From Syncephalis fuscata S228 (lineage: Eukaryota; Fungi; Zoopagomycota), in NCBI GenBank assembly GCA_025786725.1, contig JAHLTZ010000010.1:1-64000 (forward strand): 64,000 nt of DNA, given 5' to 3'. The notes under the pieces were generated by a model. The model made no database searches and was not told the DNA's origin. It saw only the letters and a list, made by a program, of their open reading frames with translations. Below, one piece after another: positions 25,279-38,799 of the stretch. How positions within the stretch are numbered: the stretch's first letter is position 1; each line of letters starts with the position of its first letter. The translations under genes were made by a program, and so were the position numbers.

Positions 25279-27128
25279 TTAACCTCGAAGTGGCACAGCA
25301 TTGCGCGCTTCAAGAGCATTGCTACTATTGATCATCACTTCCTTCAAAATGGCATCGTGTGGACTAATCGCCTTTAATTGTGCATCGGACCAGATGGGCT
25401 TAACTAAGCCTTGCTCTTGGCCAACACCAGCACGACCGCCCACTTTAATCCAGTCCGATACGCGCATTAGATTAAGTTCGCGCCAAACTGATTCCAACGC
25501 ATCCACCAGTTGATCCATCATAGAGCCGTTATGACCCGGTGTAGGCGTAATACGAAGGCGTTCTTCACCGCGTGGTACAGTTGGATAGTTAATACTTTGC
25601 ACGTAGATGCCATGGCGTGTTAGTAACAAATCACTTGCTGCTTTAGATAGTGCAGCATCGCCCACTAAAACTGGAACAATATGTGATGGGTTTGGTACAA
25701 CAGGAATATCCAAAGCAGCTAAACGCATCTTTAGTTGGCGGGTATTCACCTGTTGGCCAAATCGCTCCCGTTGAGATGAACGCAGGTAGCGGACACTCGC
25801 CAATGCACCAGCCACTACGACAGGTGGCAATGAGGTAGTAAAGATAAACCCAGGTGCGTAGCTGCGCAGCATATCAACTAGAGCTGCAGAACCGGCTACA
25901 TAGCCGCCTACTACGCCAAATGCTTTGCCAAGTGTACCAGTTACCATATCAACTTCTGCTACGGCCGAGCGAGCAACAGGATTATCGGTAGCCGCGTTTG
26001 CTTCAAATTCCAAATGTTCTGCAACACCTGCACCATGTGGTCCATACATACCAACTGCATGTACTTCATCAAGAAAGGTAATGGCCCCGTATTTCTTGGC
26101 AGTTTGCAGATCTCATGAATTGGCGCAACCGAACCACTCATTGAATAGACACTTTCAAACGCAATAATCTTTGGCGTATTGGCCGGTGCTTCAGCCAATA
26201 GCAGCTCAAGATGTTCCAGGTCATTATGGCGGAAAATGCGCTTTTGAGCACCTGAATGACGAATACCTTGAATCATAGAGGCATGATTTAAAGCATCCGA
26301 GTAAATAATACAGCCCGGTAATTTCGAAGCCAGTGTACTTAATGTAGCATCATTCGCTACATAACAAGAGCTAAATAGTAAAGCAGCAGGCTTGCGATGT
26401 AAACGCGCTAATTCTTGTTCAAGAGCGAGATGCAAAGCCGCATTGCCTGCAATATTTCGTGTACCGCCGGCACCGGCACCATAGCGATCTAGCGTTTGTC
26501 TAAAGTAATTTATATTAATACAATTATCGCATGTATGTAGTTAATTAACTAACTTACTTCATAGTATCAACAACCTTTGGATGTCGGCCCATGCCCAGAT
26601 AGTCGTTACTGCACCAAACGGTCACTTCATCGTTGGCATTGGCAGTGTGTGCACGTGGAAAACGTTGAGCCAAACGATTAATATTGTTAAAATAACGATA
26701 GCTTTTATCTTGATGTTTTTTATCAAGTTCGTGTTGATAAAGTCCCTCATAATCAAATGTATCTTTGGGTGATGTAGCTAAATGATTATACGTTAGTTAA
26801 TTAGTTAATATTCATCTAGTTTATATAGTTCATAATACTTACCATTGACGGGTGGTGTAGTAGTATTGCTAGCTGTATTTCTGTGATCTGACGTTGTGGC
26901 CAGCGAGCGACGAGCTGTCTTTTGAACAGCCACCTTTGTAGCTGATCGCTCAACTACAGCATCGCGCATGACTGGGCATTCGGCAGCCTTCGCTAGCAAA
27001 GCATTACCGCCAGTACGAGTAGTGCCTGCAGCGGAAGGCATTGTTGATAGTTGACGCAATGCACGCGCCGGTGTCCGATGCAGGAATGGACAGACGCGTG
27101 TAGCATGACGCAACAAAGCTTGATCCAT
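25279..27128 (-). CDS. HEM1: 5-aminolevulinate synthase, mitochondrial
   Basis: N-terminal CP heme-regulatory motifs (VCPFL, ECPVM), [37 protein letters not shown] and GTLGKAFG (PLP lysine). Two introns. Apparent 1-nt deletion near 26100. Confidence 0.96.
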
Positions 27129-29015
27129 AGTGACAAGAACTAAAGACAATGTGTTGTTATACGCGTTAGCAAACAATTATTACTACTTAATAAAAGGCGC
27201 GATAATAATAATAATAAACCTACATTTGATAACAACACTTTAATAAAGTAGCAGAAATAGCGAAAAGTAGCAAGAGATGGTTTAAATGGATTTTTGATGG
27301 GCACAATAGGCTTAGCTGCCTTTTAAGAGACTATCCAGGAGTAGTAAAGGAAGGAGAGGGAGAGAGAAGCAACAAGGGGAACTGCGGAAACGGAATATCC
27401 CGATGGCGATGTTAGTTTGCTAAAGTGAAGGTCAGTTACGACTTGACACATTGTCTATTTGCAAACAATTGAAATGTGGAAGGATTGACTGATGGGTAAA
27501 TCCACCAATAGCCAGTCTACAAATGGCAACACAGGAAATCTGGACCCGTGAGACGATTGGTAGTTTTTAGTAATAAGTTATGCATGTATTTTTAATTTAG
27601 TAGTTATTGGTGTTTACCACACAAATGAAGCAATGATGTTCGGTAAATGAATAACTAGTATCCAGTATTTTGGAATAACTGTCAATTAGTGTAAAAAAGT
27701 TTAGTTATTTGTATTTTGTAATAGATGTAAATGACAATAATGACATTAAAAAGAGAAAGTGGCAAAAAACAAAAAAAGCTTATAAATCATGTGAATTTAA
27801 CGCTTGAGGTGTTGATTTTATTAATATTTTATGTTGTATAAATATCTATGAACGCGTATTTTGGTATTTTATTGCGCTGAAAAGAGTCATTGTCTTGTCT
27901 ATTAAATGTATTATTAAATAGTTATCGTTATTAATAAATTCAATATGGTGGTAGCCATAATAATCTATTTAGGAGTATTGGCACTTGTTCATGCCGCCGT
28001 GGCTGGGGGCGTTCGGAGTTGTGCAAATGAACGAATGAATGAGTGAATAACGGGGACTAGATAATCATAACAATAATAAAACGTGATATGACATGTGTTA
28101 TCGTTATCGCTTGGCTTTCAAGGCAGCCATGCTTTTAAATATGATAATAATAGTAGTAGCAGTATTAGAAGCATTTAATGCTGGCGCACGTTTTTTACAT
28201 TCAAGGATTTCTAGTTTTAAACGGGCCGACATACTTTATTTATTTATTTATATTCTTTGTTTTTCATATATCGCCTCTCATCTATACCTTTTCATTTCCA
28301 TTCCGTATACATTACTCTAATCTTTTCTCGTGTAACAGGTAAGACTCTGACAAATGACTGGGTAAAATAAGAGGGCAGCGTTTGTTTATGTTCTTTCATA
28401 TGCAACAAGCTATTTAACAAATGGCTACTTTATATTTATTAATACTGTCTCTATATCTAATGGTATATTGTGTCAAGTCTATGCTGTTTCACGTTGTTGG
28501 TTTCGTCGACGTGATGACCTTGAGCCTTTAGGCAAGACAGTGGTTTAAAATTGTATTATGTATATAGTGTGTGGAGGTGTGTGCGTGTGTGAGTGTGAGG
28601 TTGTGTGAGTGTGTGGGTGGATGGTTCTATAGTGTGCATAGCTGCGTATCTAGTTATGTTTGTGTGTAATATTAAGTGTTTGAGGCCGGTTTAAGCTGAT
28701 TAACTCTTTCTTCTAATTCGTTTTACTAAAACGTGGCCATCTTCCTTCTGCATTTGCAGCCTGTTCTACGCTATTGACCTGCATTGCTCTACTTATTATT
28801 ATCATTATTATTATTCTACTGTAGTGACCAAGCGAGTTTTGATGTGGGTATTTGCGAATGTGATAGCGGTAGATTACAGCGATGGCTTCTTAGTAGGCAG
28901 CTGAAGCAATGACTACGTACATCTACGACAAATATGATACTAATGCCGAAAATGTTTATTATATTAGCATAGGTGCAACTATCGACTAAAGCTACCTTTT
29001 ACTATATAGAATAAA

Positions 29016-31199
29016 ATGTCTGCGCCACAACCTGCAGCTACTGCGGAGCATCATGCTCTACCACCAATACCACCTATGAAGAAAACGCCTACTGATAAAA
29101 ATGGCCGTACAGCCGGTGATTTATTTTACGACGACTCGAGAGATAGTAATAATGGCACTCCTCCACTACCACCACCACCCCAAGGCGGCTCACATCAAAG
29201 TTATAGCCATGATGGTAATAACGGCAACGTATATGATCAATATGGCCCACCAGCCACTCATCAAGGCTACGGACACCCAGGTTCAGAACAACACCAGCAC
29301 CCATCTTATTATGATAAACAGCCTGTAAATGCACATTCGTCACAAGGCTATAACTATGGCTATGATGGATATGAACAGGCACCACCACACGGCAGCGGAT
29401 ATCCACAGCATGGACAATATTATCCTAATAACAATCAAGGTAGCCAGTCACCACATGAAGGTGGCTATCCAGCTTATCATAATAACGGTGGACATCCATT
29501 AGGTTATTCTCAACCACCGTATAGTGGCAGTGAACGCGGTGCACCACCCAATCCAGCATATGAGCATCAAAGCGGTAACGCTGATAGAGACTATGGACAG
29601 CCACCGTATGGACAGCCGGCTTATGATGATCCTCGTTATCAACGCGGTAACGAAGATGCCTATGCACCACACCCACCACCAGTAGAAGGGGGCGGCGACA
29701 GCCACTATGGAGGAGGACAGTATGATCAACGGGATTATCACCAGCAGAACTATCAAGATCCATACTATAATCAATATCCAGGTAATCAGCCACACCAGCC
29801 ACACCCACCTCATGGCTATGCAGAAGGTGGACCGGGTAATAGCTACTATGAGCCACATCCACCTCCATCAGGTTATGGCCCTGAAGATGGACCACCAGGG
29901 GCGGCTATGCTCAGCCTCAATACGGCCCAGGTCCTTCAGCGGGTGGACATCAAGGTTACGGCCCTACAGAGCCATTAGAGCCGTATCCAAATGCTGGTCC
30001 ACCATCCGCACCAGCTGAAGCTAATAGTGCTATTTTACCTGGTACCGAAGGAATGCCTTTGGAGCAACGTATTGATCTTTACAGACAGAATGCTAAACGC
30101 AGTACCGATCCCAAGGTACAGCTAGACTTTGCCAAGTATTTGATAGATGTTGTGCCTGAGGCTGCTGAACGTAATCCAGATCCAAAGGCTTCGCAACGTG
30201 CAAAGGAGGCGCTGCATTCGGAGGCATTGAAGTGGGTTAAACGACTTTCTTCGCAAGGTATGGGACTAGGACGGTCAGCCTATCCTGAAGCGCAATTCTT
30301 TTTGGCCAATTGCTATGGTAATGGTAGCTTGGGCCTTGCTTGCGATATGGACAAAGCATTTGGTCTATATGTACAGGCCAGTAAACAGAACCATGCTGCA
30401 GCAACTTATCGTACAGCAGTATGTTACGAATTGGGTGCTGGCACCAAACGTGATCCAGCACGATCTGTACAGTTCTATCGGAAGGCCGCGGCACTAGGCG
30501 AAAAGGCAGCTATGTACAAGCTAGGTGTCATTCAGCTAAATGGACTACTGAATCAACAAAAGAATCCACGTGAGGCTATTACATGGCTAAAACGTGCAGC
30601 AGCAGTGGCCGATGAGGAGAATCCACATGCATTGCACGAACTTGGTCTTTGCTACGAAAAGAATACAATTCCAGCGATTATTCCTGATGAATCGTATTCG
30701 CGTGAATTATTTACTAAAGCTGCTCAACTTGGCTATGCACCATCGCAGTTTAAACTTGGTTGCTGCTATGAATACGGTACGTTAACCTGTCCTGTTGATC
30801 CACGACGTTCAATTGCTTGGTATACACGCGCTGCCGAACAAGGCGATGCTGAAGCAGAACTGGCACTGAGCGGTTGGTATCTAACCGGTAGCGATAATGT
30901 ACTTAAACAAAGCGATACCGAGGCGTATTTGTGGGCACGTAAAGCGGCGATAAAGGTTTGGCTAAGGCTGAATACGCTGTCGGCTATTACTCGGAAGTGG
31001 GCATTGGCGTTAAACAGGACCTTGAAGAGGCCCGTCGATGGTATTTACGTGCATCGGCTCAAGGCAATAAACGAGCCATGCACGCCTTACAGAATTGAAG
31101 AAACTAGGCGCTGGTGGTGTTCATCGACGTCCCGGCGGTCCTACCAAACCGACACGCGGCGCTGGTGGTCCCAAAGATGATAATTGTTGTATTTCGTAA
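29016..31199 (+). CDS. SKT5: Chitin synthase activator Skt5/Chs4 (SEL1 repeats) with C-terminal CaaX
   Basis: SEL1 repeats (AQFFLANCYG, AMYKLG, SQFKLGCCYEYG, RSIAWYTRAAEQG, ELALSGWYLTG). After correcting apparent 1-nt deletions near 29897, 29933, 30948 and 31080 the protein ends ...KDDNCCIS*. The N-terminus is Q/G/Y/P/H-rich. Confidence 0.88.
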
Positions 31200-31999
31200 T
31201 TTGTCACTCATCGTTAAATTTATGGATGGAATATTGTTAGCACCACCACCACCACCACCACTACTACTACTACTACTATTTCCTTTACTTAAACAACTAA
31301 CTTTGTTATGGCATTTCTCATTATACACGCCTTTTACCTTTACTTAAATAGTATTATTTTTATTACCCAATGTCTCTATCTCTACTATGTTATAATCCTT
31401 CTCCAATCGCTTAATGAATACTATGCTGTGTATTTGTGCATATGTATACACGCTATGAATTGATCTGTTCATCTGCACTGTTTTTTTCTTATATTGCATT
31501 TCATTATAGATTGTTTCTTAGGGAATAGCTTTAGTTATGTGTGTTTTTTTGTTATCAATGAATAATACAATAAGAAATAAAAAACATTTATATCAATTAA
31601 TTTATACTACAGCTAGTTCACAAACAAATAATACATGCTACCACAATTTTGATATTATAATATTATTTGTAAGTATAATGACCAAGAAATAATATTTAGT
31701 AATTAAATGGCTTTTATTGTATTCTGTTTGATTATTTTATTATACTTGCTATTATACCGATCAACATGTTCTATAATAATGAGTAGTTTTGATGTCCAAT
31801 GATGTTAGTATTCTAATTTGCAAATACTAACAACATACAATCTACGTCACTACACTTTCCCTTCTCTTTCTTCATACTTGATAGCATATATCCATTGCAT
31901 ACACTTTTAAATTTCATATATGTTACTTAAATAGTATCAGTAATTGAATGACTATTAGTTAGGTGCCAACACTATTTACACTACTCTCTTGCATTGCTT

Positions 32000-32680
32000 T
32001 TTTGTAATCTGACCTTTTTACAATCACCTTTATCACTCCAATCATTGGTATTGGCATCTTTATTGACATAGTAAGTGTATTTATGGCCTGTTTTTATGTT
32101 ATGTTGAGCATATGCTGTGAAATCGTGTTGTATGTTTTGTTTTTTTGCTATTGATTTTAATATTGCCACTGTTGTATATACATAACTGCCAGCACAACGA
32201 ATGTAACAGTTATATACCACCAAGGTTACTGTATACTTTGATTTGCTATATATCGCCACTATAAATTGTTTTGGTAGCAGCATATATAATAACAACAGTA
32301 ATAGATCGCACTGTATGGCATTAAATACTTGTTCAATGGCCATACTAAAGGTGTGACTTACTGTTTTTAAGACTATTTGCACTGGCGATTTATAATAAAT
32401 CAGAATATGTAGCGAATTTGGCAGTCTAAATTCATAACAGCATATAATTATAATGATTAGATAAATATACGATAGTAATAAATAAATGGTGATTCACATT
32501 ACTGTTGCTGTAAAGTATTTAAAGCATTATAATTGATGTCACTCATTATCCACCATCATGTTCAATAGATTGAGTATTATTAAATATAGCCATTCCAACC
32601 ACAAATCACACTAAATGATTAATAAATTTAATTAAATTGTATAGTAAGGTTAAATGATACACAATGTTTATACAATGATA
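32000..32680. repeat. Dispersed repeat family A, copy 2
   Basis: The core at 32530-32670 matches 9250-9400. 32400-32570 is an inverted, diverged match of ~38940-39140. The left boundary is approximate. Confidence 0.7.
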
Positions 32681-32864
32681 CAGTATATTTAACTCAATTA
32701 ACAAGTGTCAAATTAAATGTTAAAAATGAAATGATACATAGCATGTATATATTACTGCAACAATACTAGCACAATAAAATAGAGCAATTAGCTAAATAAT
32801 TATTGATATTATTGCTAAAATAGCTAACATGGTTGTAATTGTAGTGAATGTAACTTATTGTAAT

Positions 32865-33085
32865 ATGTTAATATTCGATCAATCTTTCTACACATGACTA
32901 ACAACAGCAATGATCCACCTTGAATGTTTCGATGAAATCAAATAGTATGTTACATTCTTCATTTAAATCAATTTATTAACAGCATTTTAATAGAAAGTAA
33001 TGTAATTGTGATGTGCATAACCACACGACTTCAATTGGAATAAATTTACTTTGTGGACTCAAAATAGAAGGTGCAAAGTAAATGT
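32865..33085. repeat. Dispersed repeat family B, partial copy
   Basis: ATCAATCTTTCTACAC..GAAATCAAATAGTATGTTACATT..AATTTATTAAC..TTTTAATAG shared with 18100-18320. Confidence 0.85.
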
Positions 33086-33146
33086 CGATCCAGCTTTGAA
33101 ACGTAATAAAATTTTATTTAATTTAAAAAGATTTTTGGTTATATAA

Positions 33147-35892
33147 TTAACGTCCTTTGTCGGACCATCGCATAACATTGTAAAGGCCGTAGACAAGTTC
33201 AGCTTGTTTACGTGCCACGCTGACCAGCAGATTGACGTGGCATTTCTCTTCGGCGCGGAGAACAAAGCCAAAGTGTACAAAGTCGCGTGCATCCAGCTCT
33301 TCTGGATAGCAAGCGACCTTCTTTACGTATTGTTTTAAACGACGATTAAGAAAGCGATTAACTTGTGCATAATCGTAATCGTCGTGCGATAGACCGGCTA
33401 GACGAAGTACGTAATACCAAATAGCCTGTCGAAGTGGCCAGGTATCAAGTAAGGCGGCTTGTGTAGAAAATGAAAAATCAGTAATGGTTAAAGCTTCTTT
33501 AAATTCCTCGTCAAGTAAATCGCCTACGCCTCGCAAGAACTGATCAACAAGCTCGACGCCATGATCTTCCCAGCAGTAGTCTTGCAAGCGAAATACCGAA
33601 TACTCATCGCTTTTCACGTCAAAGTCAACGTGACGCAGTTCAGTTGGTGGATGTAAAAATCGTGACATATCGTCAATGACCGGATTAAGGCGAATACTAC
33701 ACATTGACATATAGGTCAGTGTACTGCCTGTACCAGTTGGACTAGGTGGTGGCAAAGAAGAGGCCGTGTTCGATGCAGACATGGCATGTTCATCATCTGA
33801 AGCCATAAGTGGATCAGTTGATTTAAATGCTATTATCGTTATTAAGATTAGTATTTTGTTGTTGATTAGCTTTATTTAAAACACTTACTTTCAACTGCTG
33901 CGCATCTTTCAAATGCATCCATTATGCTTGGTGGTTTATCTTCAGTATCATCTTCTATCGTCTCGTCTGTTGTTTCACCTTGGTTGGATTCAGGTTCATC
34001 GTCTTGAGCGATTTGTAGACGTGATAGCAGTTCTACAGTATGCGATTCAAGCTCTTGCTGTTCATTAGGAGCCAGACTTACGCCAAGACCTTCAACACCT
34101 TCGTCATAGTCTTGTAACACTTCACCAGTATGGGCGTAGTCATTAGTATCGGCCTCCTGTGTTGTTAGGTCAGTATTATCATTCTCGGTCGCTGTTGGTA
34201 TAATGATATCATCTAACTCTTCAGTACCACCCAGTGTATCAAGTTCAGGCACTAGACCGCAACTAAGTGCAAATGAAGCAAGCCCGTGATATGTTGCCAT
34301 AATTACAATCGCATGCACTATCTCGCCCATTGTCCAATTCTCACTGGCTGGTGAATTATTACCGTTGGCCGAGTTGGTATTGGCCATGGATGGAAATGTA
34401 TCTTCGTCAGCATCTGCCCTTACTAATGCGCCAATATGGGCAGGTGTTAAACGCCAAGGCTGGTGGGCTAATATGGTATTCAATGTCACTAGTCGACGCA
34501 GCTTTCCTGGTGCATGGTCGATACCATTAATCCAGGTAGGATCACCACCCGCCTGTAGAAACTCTAGTCTTAAAAGCGAGACCAAATATTGGCATGAATG
34601 CTGTGCCGCTGCCTAATTAACAAATAAAGCCAATAACAGTTAATACCGTCATTATTCTAGTGCTAGTTATATAACTTACCATAATACCAATGTAATAGCG
34701 CCATGATCGTGGCAATGGCCACTAGGATTGCGAACAATTGTGCTATATGCTTTATGGAATCGTTCCATATATCCTGGAAAAAAGGTTAGAACACGGAACG
34801 AGTGGCTAAAACGTCCATAAGTCATGAATGTATCGACAATAAGACGTCGAATATGTGCATTAACGCCGGATGAGCTTCTATTCCGTTTTAATTGTGTTGG
34901 TGCTGAAGTATCCCTTTCGGTTGAAGTGGATACAGCAGCTCTTGAAGAGCCGTAGTTAGCCTCATCATCATCGGCATCGTCAAAAAAGTATGGCGTTTGC
35001 GATGTTGTAATAAAAAGTGATGGCAAACGACGGACCGGTGTATAGACGGGCATTCCAGTCGTCTAATTTAATAGACTGTTAGTATGAATATAGTCGTTGG
35101 TTTGTATATCATTATCACCTTAAGCTTTTCAAGTAATTCAGTAAAGTTACGTCGTACATCTTCGAATGGACAATCAACTGAAAATTGTATTACTGTAAGT
35201 AGTAGTTGTTTGTAAAGACTACGCGCTTCACCCGATTCAGTTGGATTGTATGCCACTGTATCTTCTTCGGTGTTGGCTTCTTCAGCCGGTAGTTGGACCA
35301 TACGCCGTAGAATATCCTCGTCATCCAGTAATGGCGACATGGGCACAGTCCAGCTTTCATGTCGAGAATGTGTGCGTGGACGTGTTCTAATTGGAATATC
35401 TGTGGCATCAGATGGTATAGTACCGGCTTCTAGTGAAGTTGACAGCTCTGCTTCCTGAGCAAAGTCTGGAGATTGTGCCACGTCATCTCCCAACGGTGAT
35501 GAACTTGAGTTTGTATTAACTTGTGCTGCATCGTTTACCGATGACACAGAGGAACGATGCGATGAAAGCATGGTCGGCGTGTCTGCAGGATACGCAACAC
35601 GTGCAGTGTTTTTACAAATCGACCAATGGATCGCAATGCTTGTCGACGTTGTTCAATGTCACGCGTAAGCAACGGGTTGAACAGTGCAGTGCGCATTCGT
35701 AAACCAGCAATACGTCGTGCATCCACCTGTGGATCTGACGACACTAAGCAAATGAGAAATAATCGCCGATAATTGTGTGTTAAATATTAGCAATAATATT
35801 GGTGGCATTGGCAATATGTTTTACTTACCAGATCGTGTGGATAATCCATCAGATAGCATCCCAGATGCCATCATATTTATTTCTTCGGCCAT
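33147..35892 (-). CDS. SESN: Sestrin (PA26 family), multi-exon
   Basis: CPFEDVR, WRYYIGIMAAAQHSCQYLV, LNTILAHQPW, WTMGEIVHAIVIMATYHGLASF, DYCWEDHG, HDDYDYAQVN and EEKCHVNLL. Apparent 1-nt deletions near 35610 and 34720. Confidence 0.93.
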
Positions 35893-37295
35893 GTTGCATA
35901 TAATTACAAAAAATGGCCGTGCCAAATTATTAAAGTAGTAATCTGATTCAAAGTAAAATGATTGTACGACTATTCACAGCAATTGTTATTGTATTTGTTT
36001 TTGTATTTGTTGTTGCCGTTTGACGTCACTAATAGTAATTTATTGTCAAATGCAACTGCTGCTAATAATCGCTTTAGCTAGCGTTTAGTCGTTGCCGACT
36101 ATAGGTAAACTATATGTTGTACGCTTGATTTGCACCTTCTTGTTAGATTCAGTCAATAGTTGAGTTGAGTCGGGGAATCAATGACGGTTGTTGTAGTGAC
36201 GCCGTGGAGTTAACAGTAGCGTTAGACTAAGTTCTGTTGGTTAAACTTGCGTTGAATGCTTTGCTTGATCGGTCCACGTACTATTTTGGCGACTGGAGAA
36301 TGGATAAAGCAGCTAGCAGTACCGTTGCTGGTTGGTCAATAGCACAGATTGAAGTATAGAAAACAACAGAATAAAAATAATAATGATTGATACTGATAAT
36401 GTAAGCAAGCGAGCAGAAAGACCAATTAACGGCGTCTTTGCACAGCATAAAGTAGGAAATAACGCGTCAATCAGAAAAAGGCGGTTATATGCGATGACGA
36501 TTGTGCGAGTGTACGTGTATGTAAAGAAAAGAATAGTGTGAAACCGCTGGTCAGCTTTCAATATGTAATATGCTAAAAAGAATATTCACGCTAAGTGCAA
36601 CCACCACGGCCGCTCGCCTCTTTTTCGCGGCTGCGTGTAACCAGTGCCCGAGTGGCAATCAATGCCGCTGTAAAGTCGAGGCTAGTCAATAATTATTGCA
36701 GCGTATCGCTGCCTATTGTTCAATGGCTTAATGGTAGCAGTGATTAGAAAACAGTAGTAGAAACAATAGGAAAGTCTGGGGCAGGAAAATAATTACTTGA
36801 TTCAATAAATGGGAAGGCGGACACTGAAAAAAACCAAAGTTTCGGTGTATTTCGTCATTTTTATTCTTTACACAGATACACACACACACGCGCATCTGTG
36901 TTCGTACACGATATACACATATACAGCGTGTGAGAGGGTGAGAAAGGGACATACATACGCTGTGTAGCCATTAAACACAAGCTTACTAGTTGGTTGGTTG
37001 TAATGTGCTGCTATTCTTCCCTGTATGTTTTATGCACGCGCGCGTGTAACTGTCAGTCAGTCGAATTATCGGAAGACGGAATATAGGTTGTAGCGTATAA
37101 CCTTGCCTGTTTATCGCGGACTATGGCGCCATCAGCATAGCCTCATTTAGGTATATAGTTAGTATGGGCAAAAAGGCCAGAGACAAAAGCGGTTTATTTA
37201 ATCATTGCGACAAAGGTATTTGATGCATTGTTAACGTGCGCAATGACATTGTCTATTTGTGTAGCCATTCAAAAAAGCCAGTGACGTCATTACAA

Positions 37296-38405
37296 CTAAG
37301 TAAAAGTTGCTAATCGATGCAAATCATGTTCAGAGTGTTTACTAACGGCTCCGCCTTCTTCTAGACTACTATTACTAGCACGATATTTGACCAAAGGGCC
37401 ATTCTCGGACTGGCCGTTATCGTTAGAGTTGTGCCCAATATCCAGTACACCTAGAGGACGGTCAATTGGTGGATATGGAATACCACTATCGGAATGAGAC
37501 AGCGATGGAAAGTACATTCGATAAGCAAAGTAGGCAAGCAGTAAGCCTATGCAGATTGTAGCACGGTGAGTGATTAGTTAGCATAGAACTGAAACTTACC
37601 GCCTGCTCCTCCTACAGTAACATCCTCCCAGTGGTGACGATAATTGCATACGCGTGAGACTGCCACAAGCACTGCGCCAAGTAGCGGTATTAGAGCAATC
37701 AATGGCTTATAAACAAAGCCACGTTCGTCAAATACCCTTAGTTTACCGGCTAAATAAAAGGTTATGAATCCAAGGCCTGCAAATGAATCTAATAGCAATA
37801 TTATTAAATAAAGCAATAAATATATACATTTATACTTGCAGGCTGAGTGTCCAGATGGAAAGCTTTTCATACCATCATATAGAATCTTCATATCAGTCTG
37901 CGTACATAAACCAATGGTTGATAGTTGCATAAATGGATCTGTCGCACCTGATGGAGGCTGACAACGGGCAAGAAAATCCGGGCGAGGTCGGCCAATAAAG
38001 TTTTTAAATATGTGCACAAATAATACACTGCTAGATAGTGCCATTCCAAGGCCAAGATAGGCTTGGTGCATATCGTAGGAATTACGACGAATACCCAAAG
38101 CTACTGCCGTTACTAACACGATTGGTACTATTGTGCTAATAACCTATAATAGTTACTATAACGGTCAGGTATGCATTATGGCAAAATCCATCTGGTTATA
38201 CTTACTATCAACTGGTTCGATGATACAGTGCCATGTTTTGCCATTGGAATTGGATTGTTGGGTCGGCAAGTGAGAAGCGACGGTGAAATGCAGGCGCCAA
38301 GTCCAAGAGAAAGGCGACGCCAAACATAATGACCACCATAAGCCAGTCGACCATACGGAGCCATACTAGGCGACGGTAAGGGCGTAGCTGGCGCGGTAGA
38401 AGCAT
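37296..38405 (-). CDS. PAP2-family lipid phosphate phosphatase (Dpp1/Lpp1-like)
   Basis: Catalytic motifs C1 KNFIGRPRPDF, C2 SFPSGH and C3 SRVCNYRHHWEDV. Three introns, one GC-AG at 37789-37839. Apparent 1-nt deletion near 38245. Confidence 0.92.
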
Positions 38406-38700
38406 GCTAATGGTTATTGCAATTGCGTAGAGGTCAAAGGGGAATAAAATAAAAGGAAGCGATGGAGTTTGGCATAGCAATAATAGCGATGGCCATAACA
38501 GCAAATATTACTTGAAACAGTTTGTAAAACAAAAAACATGCCTTTGCAGAATATAAACCCAGATAGCAATCAAAAGCGCTGACGATTTAGTTTAGCAACA
38601 ATGGCATGCTTTAGTATATACAAATGCCAATTAACTAATAAACAGCATTTGTATTAGTGAATAAAGCATGGAGTAGCTACTAGATTAATATACTAGTATT
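38254..38700. repeat. 447-bp direct duplication, copy 1 (PAP2 5' end and promoter)
   Basis: Matches 41334-41780 at offset 3080, with 3 substitutions seen. Confidence 0.95.
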
Positions 38701-38799
38701 AAATATAGATATAGATAGTTTGAAAATGAAATATTCTAATAACCAATTATGATAATAAATAGTATATTTTAGTAAATAAAATAGCATTCTTATTCAGCT

